Shown one piece after another: positions 23,368 through 23,605 of a stretch of 23,605 bases of DNA. Positions within the stretch are counted from its first letter, which is position 1. Each line of letters starts with the position of its first letter. This DNA comes from a virus (taxonomy: Duplodnaviria; Heunggongvirae; Uroviricota; Caudoviricetes). The notes beneath the pieces are model-generated. The model searched no databases. It was not told the DNA's origin and was given only the letters and a program-made list of their open reading frames with translations. The position numbers were made by a program, and so were the translations under genes. Where the stretch lies: positions 1 to 23,605 of the IMG/VR virus record IMGVR_UViG_2537562191_000021. The stretch is one strand, 5' to 3'.

Positions 23368-23551
23368 TGTCATGCCATCGCACAGCCATACGTAGCGTTT
23401 AGCTCAGAGATCAATGGTAGTGCTGGCTGGGCTGCCGAAAGGCAGGCCGGTTCCCTTTGACGCCGGTAGTTCCAACCCAGTCAGTGCTACCGCCATTGAG
23501 ATTGGAACCTCACGCGGTAGCTCCTTAACTTAGTCAAAGGAGGCTGCCAAT

Positions 23552-23605
23552 ATGGCTACTATCCCCACCCCAACTCATTCTGAATTTATCTGGCGTTTCT
23601 ATTCC
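23552..23605 (+). CDS. 5' end of an unidentified gene running off the window
   Basis: SD AAAGGAGG 8 nt upstream of ATG 23552; MATIPTPTHSEFIWRFYS... stays open to the window end. Confidence 0.4.
   Translation, partial: MATIPTPTHSEFIWRFYS

Noticed and set aside
23400-23500. Possible tRNA (AGCTCAG...GGTAG and GTTCC..CC-like segments)
   Set aside because: Could not assemble a cloverleaf with matching acceptor-stem halves; treated as a structured leader instead.
1-23605. Insertion sequences, transposases or integrase att sites
   Set aside because: No transposase-like or second recombinase ORF and no terminal inverted repeats were recognised.

Overview
This window reads as a gene-dense, mosaic temperate-phage or phage-plasmid segment of the P1 type from an enterobacterium, judged from sequence only (no database search was possible). 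It holds four parts. (1) A packaging pair at 54-2554: a 5'-partial acidic protein translationally coupled to a terminase large subunit with intact Walker A/B and nuclease aspartates. (2) A Cre-family tyrosine recombinase (4014-5042) with a 13-8-13 lox-like inverted repeat about 150 bp upstream, and an unrecognised 345-aa protein divergently transcribed across the same AT-rich region. (3) A six-gene plus-strand island (5116-8947) with a trimeric dUTPase and a second, catalytically degenerate terminase-ATPase paralog. (4) A roughly 12-kb minus-strand array of tightly packed or overlapping genes (22044 down to 9363): phd-doc, a LexA-box-controlled humD, lambdoid-type accessory genes (Ead/Ea22-like, DUF551, ASCH, DUF968, PP-loop ATPase, lambda-type Ser/Thr phosphatase), and a duplicated roughly 380-bp cassette leader encoding a family of small basic proteins. 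A Ref-like HNH protein (22162-22740) is transcribed divergently from that array. The most unusual signals are the pseudo-terminase paralog, the variant lox site, a 13-bp motif (AGTTTTCTAACAT) recurring at operon boundaries, and the duplicated leader with its small basic ORFs. No rRNA, tRNA, CRISPR array or transposase was found. Family names are from remembered motifs and should be confirmed by HMM and structure searches.
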